A stretch of 57,992 nucleotides of DNA, filler included, from Jimgerdemannia flammicorona (taxonomy: Eukaryota), in assembly GCA_003990765.1 (NCBI GenBank). It is 3 parts of 3 records of this genome, joined end to end, with 100 filler letters (N's around TTAATTAATTAA, not from the genome) between each part and the next. Parts side by side here need not be neighbours in the genome. Positions count along the whole stretch, not along the records: positions 19,380 to 38,641 come from RBNJ01001988.1; 2 more parts are not named here. The stretch is one strand, 5' to 3'. Shown here in pieces: positions 24,801 through 36,159 of this stretch. Positions within the stretch are counted from its first letter, which is position 1, and each line of letters starts with the position of its first letter. Below the pieces are notes generated by a model. It was given only the letters and a program-made list of their open reading frames with translations. It made no database searches and was not told where the DNA came from. Position numbers and translations under genes: made by a program.

Positions 24801-26645
24801 CACTTCTTCAACTCTTTCCTCAATCCTTACAAGAATACTGTCTATTTGTTTACAATCACCCAGAGTTCCTCCTCTCTCTGATCATTCACTTGATATTCAA
24901 CTGATTTCAAGAGTACCACTAGGATCTCATTCCTAATCTTTCTCAGTATCTTCTCACCATAAAGAATTTCCTCCCAATGCCTCTCTTCCATAATCTGGAA
25001 GTTCTCTCCCCCCAGCTCTTCCACTGCCACCCCTTCCAGAGTCTTCTATAGCCACTTCTCCTCATTCACTGCCTCTGCCATACCCTGGGCAATCTGATCA
25101 ACCCCTACCTCTAGGTCCACCAAAGTGCTCCTCCAAACTGACTCATCCCACTCCTCTTCCAGTATATCCAGTAATTCTTCCTCATCTCCTGCACTACCCA
25201 GGATACTATACTGAGAGTATACTTCCTTGCTCATTTCTATATCTGCCTCCATACCACCCTGTCCCTCCTCCCTTGATCTACCCTGGGCCCCACCTTGGGC
25301 CATCCTGTGTTCCTCCACCTAGGTACTCTCTTATAGTCCTGCTCTCCCTTCCTCTATACTACTGTTAGCCCCACCTCCACCCAACTTCTCCAGCAGCTTT
25401 TTCTGGATTCACCTCCCTTATATCTTCTCTCAGGTCACCCATTCCATTCTGATCCTCTTCCCATCTATCATTTCCATCACTGTCTTGGCTTCATACTCCT
25501 TCCAAGCCAATCTCCTCCTCTTGACTGCTCCTACCAGATCCTCAAGAGCCTCTAGCAAATCCTTCTCCTCTTCCTGGGTCCTCTTCACCCATGTGACCTT
25601 GTACTCCACCAGTCCTCACTTCAGAGTCGCTAGCCAGTCCCCCATCTTTCCTATGTTCTCCTTCTCAGCCAGCCTCACTTGAATATTGACATCACCAGTC
25701 CAGAGCTCCATATCCTTCCAGACCTTGAACCCAATGTCTACAATCTCTCCATACTCCTTGACCACCTCTACAATCAATTCTCTGGCCCTCTTCCTTGATA
25801 CTATAGGAAGATCCAATACTGTCAACTATACTACTTGGAGGTCCCAGTATATGCACCTGGCCATAGAGACCACTATTCTACCCACTGTCACCCCCTTCTT
25901 CATGGTTGCCAACAATGCCTCCTCTTCCTCGAACCTAATCTCAACCCCTTCTTTCTCCTTTAAAAACTTCACCAAAGCTGCCCCCTTTGCCTCCTGTACC
26001 ATCAGCCTCAAAATCATCCTTACAGTCACTACCAAGCCCCTGAAATACTATGTGATAGTGAATTCTGACCTTGATTTCTTGAGTAATGGTACCAACACCA
26101 TGCCTGTCATACCATCCACTAGATCCCCAGGCCTCATGCCCACCCTCTGTCCTGAACTACCAACTACTATCATATCTGGATGTTTCTCCAGATCCCTAGT
26201 CACAGCTCCATCAATAGTTACATCTCCAGCCCCTACTCCCCTCCCTCCCCTACTGCCCAACCCTCTCATGGAGGCCTCTCCCTGTCCCTCAACTATCAAT
26301 ACCTTCCCCAGGCCCAGCCAACTATCCAGATCAGAAGCCATTCTCTCTATCTTGACTTTGTCTGTAAAGGTTGTCCTCTCTTCTCTATATTGTCTCAATC
26401 TACCTCTTTCTCCTCCACCAGTGCTATAGCCAGCCATAGAAGGCTCTGGCATTCCCAAACCAACCCCCCTCCTCCTCTCTATATGCTGCTAGTTGAAGGC
26501 ACTATTACTCCCCTGGCTAACACAACTCACCAGTATATTCATTGCTATTTATGTTGCTAGTTGCCTTTTATCAAAAATGCTGTAAAAAGTATTGTCTAAG
26601 TCTTGTGTCACCTGAATGTTACTAGTGAAAGGTATTGTTGTTCTT
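21851..26645 (-). mobile_element. L1/Tx1-like LINE (5' UTR, ORF1, ORF2 EN+RT), 3' end cut by an LTR insertion
   Basis: ORF2 start MNSTTRIFSLNVNG at 24606, then GGDFN, SDH, GEDGL, FLDQK and GVSQEDPLLP. ORF1 ~26560-24620. Confidence 0.92.
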
Positions 26646-26649
26646 GGTC

Positions 26650-28060
26650 AAAGTCTGTATAAAGCTATAATGTATAATTCCTATCAATCTTACTTGAACT
26701 ACCAGTAATAGCTGAGAATAAAAAGATAGATCACTATGTCTGAGGTTTGAAGAAAAATACATAAGTCAAGGTCAAGCTAGAAGAGCTACAAAGTCTTGAT
26801 AAAGCCATAAGAATTGCTGATAAGTTTGATATCATCACCTTTGGTAACTACTTTAAATCAGAATACTATAAGAAGAACTATTTCAAGAACTGCTACAGAA
26901 ATCAATCAAAGACAGTTGGCTAAGTATCAATGAATTTGGATACTATGAATAAAAAGAGCACTAAGCTTACCCCTGAAGAAAAAGACTGTCTGAAGAAATC
27001 TGGAGCCTATTTCTTCTATTGCCAAATAGAATATATTGCAATCAAATATCCTAAGAAAACTAGCAAATCTTCTAGATCAGTCATCATATTGTCCAAAGAT
27101 ACATCTGTCAATCCTACTACTAGTTAACCTAAGCTTAAGATTAAGAAGCTTCATCTAAAGACCCAGACTCCTCAATATCAAATAGAAGATACCATTGATC
27201 TTAACTTACACTCTGTCAAACAAGTCACTATTCCAGCCAAGGGCTGAACTCTAGTACCTACTAGAATTGCAGCCCAATGTTCTGAAGGATATTATATTAG
27301 AGTTATATCATGATCAGAACTCAGTGTCAAATATCATTTAGATGTAGGCACTGGTATTATTGACTCAGACTTTTAAGGACAAGTTCAAGTTCTGCTTATC
27401 AACTAGAAGAATTAAGACTACATAGTCAAAGAAGAAGACTGAGTTGCACAAATGATCCTAGAAAAAGCCAGTCAATCTAAGATTATAGAAGTCCAAGAAC
27501 TCTCTGAAATTAAATGAGACAAAAAAGATTTTGATAGCACCAATCAAGCAGCAAGTCTTACTGAAAATCAAGCTCAAGCTATACTCATTTTCAAAGACTT
27601 AGTTAAAGAAAAAGAAGTTCAAATACTCATGACAGTAGAGCTATAGGGAACTTCATCAATCAGAACCTCATTTAAAATCTTAAGATTCTCACCAAGTCTG
27701 CACCCAAGAATAATAGTGTAGTTACTACAGATGGTATACTGTACCCTATTGAGTCAATTGCTACCAAACTACCTATTAAGATCCAGAAATATTGAGAATA
27801 AGTAGACCTTGAGATCATACTACTAAGAGATTATAACCTGATCTTAGGAAAACCCTGGCTTATGAAACACAACTCAGATATTGATTGGTATAAGAATGAA
27901 GTTACCTTACTTCAAGATGAAGTCAATATTACTATTAAGACAAACAAGACTATAAGCACGACCCAGATTGCAATACTATCAGCCATATAGTACAAGAGAG
28001 CACTCAAGAAGGCAATGCATGTCTTTATTATAATAGTCTATCCCAATAAACAAGATCAGA
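26650..28060 (+). mobile_element. Second Gypsy family fragment: gag zinc knuckle - dUTPase - protease
   Basis: Mutated CCHC GAYFFYCQIEYIAIKYP (~27000), dUTPase 27130-27545, and protease DSRA.GNFI (~27630) with LILGKPWLMKHNSDIDW (~27840). Confidence 0.85.
27130..27545 (+). pseudogene. dUTPase domain upstream of the protease
   Basis: LKIKKLH, LVPTRIA, S*SELS, VGTGIIDSDF*GQV, D*VAQMI and *DKKDFDST (mutated RG.KGFGST). Confidence 0.85.
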
Positions 28061-28339
28061 AACTATTAGTCAGATAAAGACTTTAATATAATTTGAGATA
28101 GACTGTTGGACAGGACTGCTAGAGAGAAGGAGATAACTGGTAGGAGTAGGAGTGTCAAAGATTGGAAGGAGATTGAAAGATTAAGCTCTTTGATAGATAC
28201 TGGGTAACTTGGATGAGGGAATTATAGGATCTATACTCACTGGATGGTAGGGTTAGGCTCAAGGATCAACTGGATCTTAAAACTGTAGAGTACTGAGGTG
28301 AGGATGTTTGGTAGTACTCTAAATGAGTCAATTCGAATC

Positions 28340-28690
28340 AAATTCAGATTTGATTCACCACATGATGGTTTGATCTGAATCTCAAATCTGAAGCCATCTG
28401 AATCAACTTAGATTAATCTGAATCACCCCATCCAAATTACTCCATCCAAATCACTCATCTGAATCACCCCATCTGAACCACCCCATCCAAATCACTCAAT
28501 CTGAATCACTCAATCTGAATCACTCAATCTGAATCACTCAATCTGAATTACTCAATCCAAATCTACCAATTTAAATTCTCCAATTTGAATCCTCCAATTT
28601 GAATCCTTCAATCTGAATCCTCATCTGAATTCTTCAACTAAATCCTCTAATCTGAATCCTCCAATCTGAATCCTCCAATCTGAATCCTCT
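28340..28690 (+). repeat. Left subterminal repeat array (aatctgaatcactc-like 13-14-mers)
   Basis: Many tandem aat(c)tgaatc/atccaaatc units, the CpG-decayed form of the MITE motif atccgaatc. Confidence 0.85.
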
Positions 28691-28869
28691 ACATGACTCA
28701 TATGCTGAATACATCCATATACACAATATATATATATATAAATATATATACAAACATACATATATATACATATAAACACATATTGATAGATTAGTCTTTA
28801 ACAGTTCACAGTATCAATGATGCTTTAAGTTAAATATTCTTGATAGTTCTACATCTTTCATGCAATTCT

Positions 28870-31380
28870 CACTCTAAAATTTGGCAATATTGTACTAAGA
28901 CAAGAGATGATATTGTTTGTAACTATTGCAGGTAAAAATTTTTTTTTAAAAAAAAAAAGATATACCTATGATATAACTGATACTTTTGTTTGATATATAT
29001 AATATTGTTTTCATCCACCCCCATAAACTGTATAGCCAGAAGTTCAAAATACTTAGTAGTTCAACTTTGAACATATATTAATACATAAAAGACAAGTATT
29101 CTGACAAAATCAAAAAGAATATAGAGACAAATAAAATCAATATCCAAGCTATAATGAGTACATTTATCTAATTGTCTAACTATTTCTGTACCAATAACCC
29201 CATTTAATCAAAAATATTTAGCCATACTCTTTAGCAGAATTTCAAAATTGGCTCATTTGCTAGATTGTGTGTATAGACCAGCCATTCATAACTATTGAGA
29301 GTGATCAATTACATAGAATCTTTGGTCTCTTTAAGTATGATTTATATTTGTCAAGTGCTGACACTATTTGCAAAGATGTTCTAGAGGCCTATAGGAAGGA
29401 GTACAATAATCTCTACTAGATACTTCAGGTAAAATAAATAAATAAAGGCAGCATTATGACCTTTGCAAGCTGAATTATATATATTTACAAAGAGCTCACC
29501 AATTTAATCTTACATTTAATAAGCAGAATTCATTTATGATCAATACATAGATATTTTCCAATGCAATTTCATTTCTGAGTATTATGTACCAGTCATTAAA
29601 TTGACCTTGATTGGCAGCTTAAATCTCTTACCCTTGACTTTGTCAAACTTGCTAGCCCTCATTCTGGAGACAATATCATAGATACTTTTATTAGTTATAT
29701 CTAAGAGCTTGAGATCACAACCAAGGTAAAAAAAGAGGGGCTCACTGTTAGATTAGTGTTTTGAGAGAGATCCTAAAACAAAACAGATTTTATTAGTTAT
29801 TTATTTTTATATAAATTTGCTGACCAAATATTTCAAGTACAGATTTTGACCATTATGACAGATAATACTACAAATAACTCAATATTTTTCCAAGTTTTAG
29901 CAGCCAGTCTCAAATAGAAAAATATGGCCTTTAGTGTAGAAAGCTATTATATATTATGCCAGGCCCACATACTGAACCTCACTGTTCAGGACTATCTTAT
30001 ATATATAGACAAAACATCTGAGAAGAGGAGGGGCTCTGAGTATAATTTCCAAGTTGTATAAACTAGTTGTATCAGTCTGATCATCTTCACAATGATGAGA
30101 TAAATTCACTATATAGTATAGGGCAATCAGTTTAGCTCTGAAAGAGCTTATATTAGATGTCTGTATATGTTAGAACTCAATATTTGCAATGATCCAGCAC
30201 ATGCTGGAGTTTACTGTAGTATGTATTCTTTTTCTTTGGTCAGCTGAAGTAACTTATTTCAGATGATAGAAGATTTGTTTTTTTTTTTAAAAAAAAAAAA
30301 CAAAACAAAAAAAGCCAATAGATTCAACAGTGGTTGCTGATAAGGAAATGTGGAGCAAGACTCTAGGTGAAAGTGAGTGGGATATACTTAGGAATATTGT
30401 CAGAGTTTTGGAAGTAAGTAGTAATTGCTCTGGCTCTATACTCATTTTGTCTGCCTCTATATAATGTAATATATAATATAACATCTCACTACACATAACT
30501 GCCAGTATTTCAATAATTGTACAAAGGATGTAGTCAAACCAATGACCCAACAATAAGCTCTGCAATATCAGTATACAACCTTCTGATTAACCAGCTATAG
30601 GACAAGCTCAAGGATAGGCTAGAGGGTTATAGTGATTTATAATTAAGTCCAGATCAGAGAGATGCCATGGAGGTTTCTCTAAGTAAGCTCAGAAAATACT
30701 ACTCCAAAACAAATACTGCCATATACTCAATCAGTATAGATATATCAGTATGTGGCTATTACTCCTTCCAAAATAGAGAAACTCTTACAAAAACTCACTC
30801 TCTTTTCTCCAAACAGTGCTGGACCCATACTTAAAGCTATAATACCATAAATATCAGAGCTGGGAGCAGCACTTCATTGAGAGAATCAAGCAGACTGTAA
30901 TTAAAATATACTGGAAAAACTATATACTGCTACAAGATTTTGGCCAAAGTCCAGATGAATATATCAAGAGATCTCTCTTATCTCACATTTACTTCAGCAG
31001 AAAGAGGAAGAGGAAGCCATCAGTAAAAGAGCTGTCATCAATAGATGAACTCACCATTTATCTCACCAGCAACTATGTGATCCTGCTAGAGGGTGCAGAG
31101 ATGCTCAACTAGTGGAAGATAGGTTGTCAGGCAGATGGTTGGTTGTATTGGACCAATTTAATCTACTAATCTAACTACTGCTCTACCTACTGGGGCATAT
31201 AGCTACATCAAATGGACTTCCCAGTCTGTGTGGTATGACTCAGGACTACCTAGTGATTTCTGTCTCCAGTACTCCTATCAAGCAGGTGTTCTCAGATGGG
31301 GTGGATCTTGTTGCTCTTAAGAGGTGTATACTGAATACTGAGACAATCTGGATATACATATATGTGTCTGAAATCTTAGT
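28870..31380 (+). pseudogene. hAT transposase with BED-type N-terminus and introns
   Basis: SKIWQYC..IVCNYC, DQPF, PHSGDNI, TDNTTNN, CQAHILNL, LILDV...*NS, VLDP.LKL and the C-terminal dimerisation motif QDYLVISVSSTPIKQVFS. GT-AG introns at e.g. 28932, 29429 and 29726. Confidence 0.9.
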
Positions 31381-31529
31381 GGGGCTCAGACTACTAAAAT
31401 TTGGCAAGTTCTGGAGTTTACAGATAAGTTAGTTGGCCTTGTGGATTATTTGATACTTTTCAAAAATAAAAAGGAAAAAAAAACTGAAGACTCAGCCTGG
31501 AGTTTGCAGCCCAAGTAGAGCAGTGGTCA

Positions 31530-32280
31530 GTGGGATTGGCAGTAGCAGAGAGAGTGTGCAAAATTTATAGCCCTCTACCAGCAGTAAGGGGCAGCCCCAA
31601 GCTATCAGTGTCTAGATCAGTAGGCAGGGTCAGTGGGCATGGGGTCAGTAGAGAGAGTATGCAAAATTTGTAGTTCTCTGCCAGCAGCAAGGAGTAGCCC
31701 CAAGCCCTAAGTATTCAGGATAGAGGGTTGGTAGAGGAGAGGGGTAGGCAGAGAGAGTATGCAAAATTTACAGCCCTCCACTAGCAGTAAGGAGCAGCCC
31801 TAAGCTATTAGTGCCTGGGTTGGTGGGTAGGGTTAGTGGGCAGAATTGGTGGATACAGTGTCAGCAGAGAGAGTATACAAAATTTGCAGCTCTCCACCAG
31901 TAGCTAGGAGTAGCCCCAAGCCACAAGTGTCCAGGATAGGGGGTTGGAAGAGGGGGCAGAGTAGGTAGAGAGAGCATACAAAATTTGCAGCCCTCCACCA
32001 GCAGCATAGAGCACTCCCAAGCAGCCTGTACCTGGGCTGGGGGTTGGCAGAGTTGGCAGAGAGAGCATGCAAAATTTACAGCCCTTTGCCAGTAGTATAG
32101 GGGTAGCCCCAAGCTGCCAAGAAGTCTGAGTCCAGGTTGGAGGGTACTTCTGGTGGTCAGAGGGTACTTCTGGTGGTCAGAGGGTACTTCTGGTGATCAG
32201 AGAGTGCTTCTGGTGATTGGAGGGTGCTTCTGGCAGTTGGAGGGCATTTCTAGTAGTTGGAGGGTGCTTCTAGCAGTCAA
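31530..32280 (+). repeat. Internal tandem repeats: six ~100-bp units then ~21-bp units
   Basis: Core gagagagtatgcaaaatttgcagccctccaccagcag..ccccaagc occurs six times, followed by agggtacttctggtggtcag repeats at 32140-32275. Confidence 0.85.
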
Positions 32281-32473
32281 AGTCTACTACAGATTTGAGC
32301 CCCATCACCAGTTTGAGTCTTATGGACACTCTGGCCCTATGCTGCAGCACTATACTGATAGTACTATAGAGTAGGACCAAGGGGCCAGTAGGGCCTAGCA
32401 TAATAGCTAAACTAGTGCTACAAAAGAGGCACCTAACTGCCAGCTCAATCTGTATAAAATGACTGCTGAACTC

Positions 32474-34610
32474 TTATGAAAGATTGCCTAACTCTCACAA
32501 AAACTGCTCCACCCACCAGTTCCAGGCCTTGATGAGCCTATTATCTATTGTGGGTGTAATGACTATTGTGTCTGAGCTCTCCTTGAAGGTGATGGTACTG
32601 TGGTGGTCATGTGGTTGGAATAGGATGGCTGTGTTGGCCACAAATAGGACTCTGAAACTATAGGTGAAATTATACTAGACTCTACTGCTATCCTCCCAGA
32701 TTGGGCCCTTCCTTTCTGGGACATATAATATTACTAGAGTGATATTGTTGTCTGTATATGTGAGCAGAGAAATATTATGTCCAATATATCCTAATATGAT
32801 ATAAGCATACAATTGAGTGAATCCTTGGTCCAGGACCTCATACTACCAGGCTATGCTAGTGGATGCCTACTCTTGGTCCAGCCCTGGGAGCCCCAGCTTA
32901 GAAATCTACCAAAATGAACAGCATCCAGTCAGTCCTTTTTGTGTGCAGAGAGGCAGAAACCTCCTGGACTGCAGAAATCCCCTAGGCTACAGCACCAAAA
33001 AAGCAGAGCTTCTCATCTTATATAGTATGCTAAATTACACTAAGAATATATGTACAGCTGCACTGAGATCACCACCAAGCTGGCCTGCCATATGCTCTAC
33101 CAATCTGCTTAAAGAACCCCAGATCATAACTACCATCATTGTACAGGCTGTGTCATGCTCACACATAGTTTACTCTTCAACAGTACTTCTAAAGTTCTGG
33201 TAGAGATATAGAATCTTGTGTATCTCTAAAATTATATCAAAAAGAGTATGTTGGTGAAGAGAGTAATTATCTGGGAAGGAGTAAAAAAAAGGGAGATGAG
33301 TGCAGGAGATTTCAGAACTCCAGAACCCACTCTTCACCAGTATTGTAGTATATCCAATTTCTATCCAAACTCCCCCTCCTGGCTTTTTTTGCCCCCTCTT
33401 TCCTGCTACCTGGTATTTGATGTAATCCTCACAAACCTTGTTGATGTAGTGGCAAAGCTTGTCACCATAGAGGTTTCTTACCATCATTATAATCACCTCT
33501 CTATAATCATTAATAATGATATAGTTCTCTTCATTGTTGATTACTCCTGCTGGCCAATAGACCTCTTGATCAAGAACAATTGGCTCTGATTCAAATATAG
33601 ACCCCCAAGCCTTGATGATGATGCTGGTATTACTCATACTGAATATCTTGCCCTCAAATTTCTCTATTTGATCAGATGCTGGACATAGTTGAACTCAAGT
33701 AACTTTGAACTCTTCTTTCTAATAGAACTGAGTCCTGATATGAGAGGCTGAGATAAGTATGCAGATGGGTTGTATGTGGGTAGATTTTGTGCAGATAGGT
33801 TATATGTGGACAGGTTGCATGCAGATAGGTTATATGTGGACAGGTTGTATGCAGATGGGTTGCATACAGATGACAGATTACAAGCAGATGGGTTGTGTAC
33901 AGATGGGTTACATGCAGATAGGTTGTGTGTGGATGGATTGCATACAGATATCATGTGGGTGTTTTTAGAGGAGACTATATAAAAGTAAAGTTAAATAAAA
34001 CACAGAGATGGGTATTTCAGAAAAAGAGCATAAGTGAGTGAGTTGCATACTAATGAGTTATATAAGTTACACAAGATTGCTCATGAAGGCTTACTTCTAT
34101 TCCTTTTGAGACCTCTGCTATACAATACATTGACTCAATAGCTCAGCCACCAAAGACATGCTCCACAACATCTATCAGCCTTTCTTCATCTTGACCAGAT
34201 ATTGTGAATAAAGTAAGCAGATCTCACCATAGAGCTATAGACTCTAAGAAAAGCATAAGGTGAATTAGATTGTGCTGGGGGAAATTAAAAAAGTAAACAC
34301 AAGTAAATAAGTAGTACCAGAATGAGCAACCTATATCTACTATCAGCTACTCCAAAAAGGTCACTATATATATAGCTGTGAAGTCTGTAAATGCTAAGGT
34401 CTAAAGGGCTTCTATAAGTTGTTATCAGAATTCTCTCTTATCCCCACTATCACCACTGCCACCACCATCACCATTACCACCACCATTACCACTGTCATCA
34501 CTTCTTTAGCTCTTGATGAGCAGCTTGTGTGCTGCCTATATGAGAAAGAATCTAACATTATCAGCAGAGAGTGTATTTCTACCTTGAATACTCCCTCTTT
34601 TAATAATCAT
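32474..34610 (-). pseudogene. hAT cargo gene, multi-exon, putative TET/JBP-like 2OG-Fe(II) dioxygenase
   Basis: One long frame 33637-32474 interrupted only by transition-type stops, with YTD (HxD), WEDSSRV (WEGGGRV) and LF.P.DHHST (HHGT). Upstream are GT-AG introns, a Gly-rich stretch and NPSA(R/H/C/Y) repeats. Confidence 0.55.
33755..33950 (-). repeat. 15-bp coding minisatellite (NPSAx pentapeptide)
   Basis: About a dozen units such as gcagatgggttgcat and ggacaggttgcat. Confidence 0.85.
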
Positions 34611-34834
34611 TGCAGGGTAAAAAAATGAGTAAACTAGACTAATGTATGAGTAAGGACTGCTGTTTTGTTTGCTCATGATATGGCAGAAAAGAAAAAGAAC
34701 AAAGAAAAAGAACAAAGAAAAAATAAAAGAAGAGAGAGAATAAAAGAAAGGGTGATGTCACTAAAGTGCAGCAGGAAAAAAAAACAAAGCAAAAAATAAA
34801 TAAAAGAAAGAATGATGTTACCAAAGATTTCATA

Positions 34835-35010
34835 TAATCAATCTAGATAGATCAATCTGGATGGATCAATTCAGATGGATCAATCCAGATCAATCCAGAT
34901 AGATTAATATGGATGGATCAATTTGGATGGATTAATCCAGATCAATCTGAGTTGATTTGAATCTATCATATGACAAATCTGAATCAAATCTCATCCAGAT
35001 CAATTCCATC
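34835..35010 (+). repeat. Right subterminal repeat array (atcaatccagatgg-like)
   Basis: Tandem gatcaatc(c/t)(a/g)gatg units, the decayed form of aatccggatgg. Confidence 0.8.
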
Positions 35011-36159
35011 TATTCAGAGCACTAATGTTTGGAGTCCTTTGGAGATAATTTAGTGTCCATGATCTGATTATTAGGGTCTGCTTGGTTGTGGAAGGTTCAG
35101 GGAAAGTGGGGAGGGGTCTGGACATTAGTGTCTCAATGTCTCATTGTTGAGAGAGCTCTCATTGTGGGATGCATAAGTAGTGGATATAAGTGCCAGGATT
35201 CTTAGCTGGAGAGTGAGGGAGCTGAAGATTGAAGACCAGTAGAGATATTTGAAATTAGATACTCAGAGGTTCTGGGGGAGAGTGAGGAAGATAGGGGGTA
35301 ATGAGAGGAGAAAGTAACTAAGATAGGCCTCTCAGAGATTGGAGAAGCTACTGATGGCCTGGGTTGATCTGCTGAACAATGGAGAGGAGGGAGACTGGAG
35401 GGTTCAGCAGACTCAGCTTGAGGTAGAGGAGCTGAAGAAGATGCTAAGATAAGAGAAAGACTTGTAGGTAAAGGGTATAGTAGCTCAGTTGAGGTAGCAG
35501 AGTATAGAAGAGGAAGAATAGCCTACAAAGTTCTTGTCAAGACTTCTTCAAGTGAGGAGGATGAGACAATGGTGGGAGGGAGTATTGAATAAGATAGAGA
35601 AGATAGTTATTAGAACCTCAGAGATCTTAGACTAGTTGAGCTTGAGGTGGGGACATTTATAGAGTAAAGAAGAGGATAGAGAAGATGTCCTAGACATTGA
35701 ATAATATCTGGAGGACTGGCACTCAGATCCAGCAGAGGGTCTAGGAGACCTTGGAGCTCCTGTCTAAAGAAGGGAGATTTGTGTTTTGGCAATAACTAGT
35801 CTCAGAATAGCTTCTAGAGAGGATGGACTATCTTGGAATTTCTGAAAGAGGATGGCAGATGTAGAGTTAGCTCTGGAGGAAATGATGTGGATGTATGATG
35901 AGATTATTGGATCAGGAGAGTGAATTGGGGGACAGAGACTAAGATTGGTAGCTCTGCTGTATAAGAACAAGAGAAGATAAGAGGAGTGGAAAAATCAGAG
36001 ACCAATCATACTTTTGAATATAGATTACAAGCTGGTTACAAAGATACTGATAGCAATTCATGTCTTTCTCCAGTAATATTTAAGTTATACAAACTTCAAG
36101 CAACTCTTAAGATATTATTTTTTGGAGTAAAGATACTAATAACATAATAACTGTTGAGC

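Larger units (their letters stand above)
28312..35024 (+). mobile_element. hAT DNA transposon, 6.7 kb, two genes
   Basis: TIR tagtactctaaat / attcagagcacta, perfect 8-bp TSD atgtttgg (28304-28311, 35025-35032) and subterminal repeat arrays at both ends. Confidence 0.95.
28075..36055 (+). mobile_element. Internal LINE ORF2 fragment (28075-28311 + 35033-36055) split by the hAT insertion
   Basis: The endonuclease RI(D)WIL..SD(H) motifs and RT start (EDGLSWNF, RPIILLNIDYKL) read through once the hAT is removed. Confidence 0.85.

Noticed and set aside
31530..32120. Repeat-spacer pattern resembling a CRISPR array
   Set aside because: Eukaryotic context, degenerate long repeats, mutually similar spacers and no cas genes.
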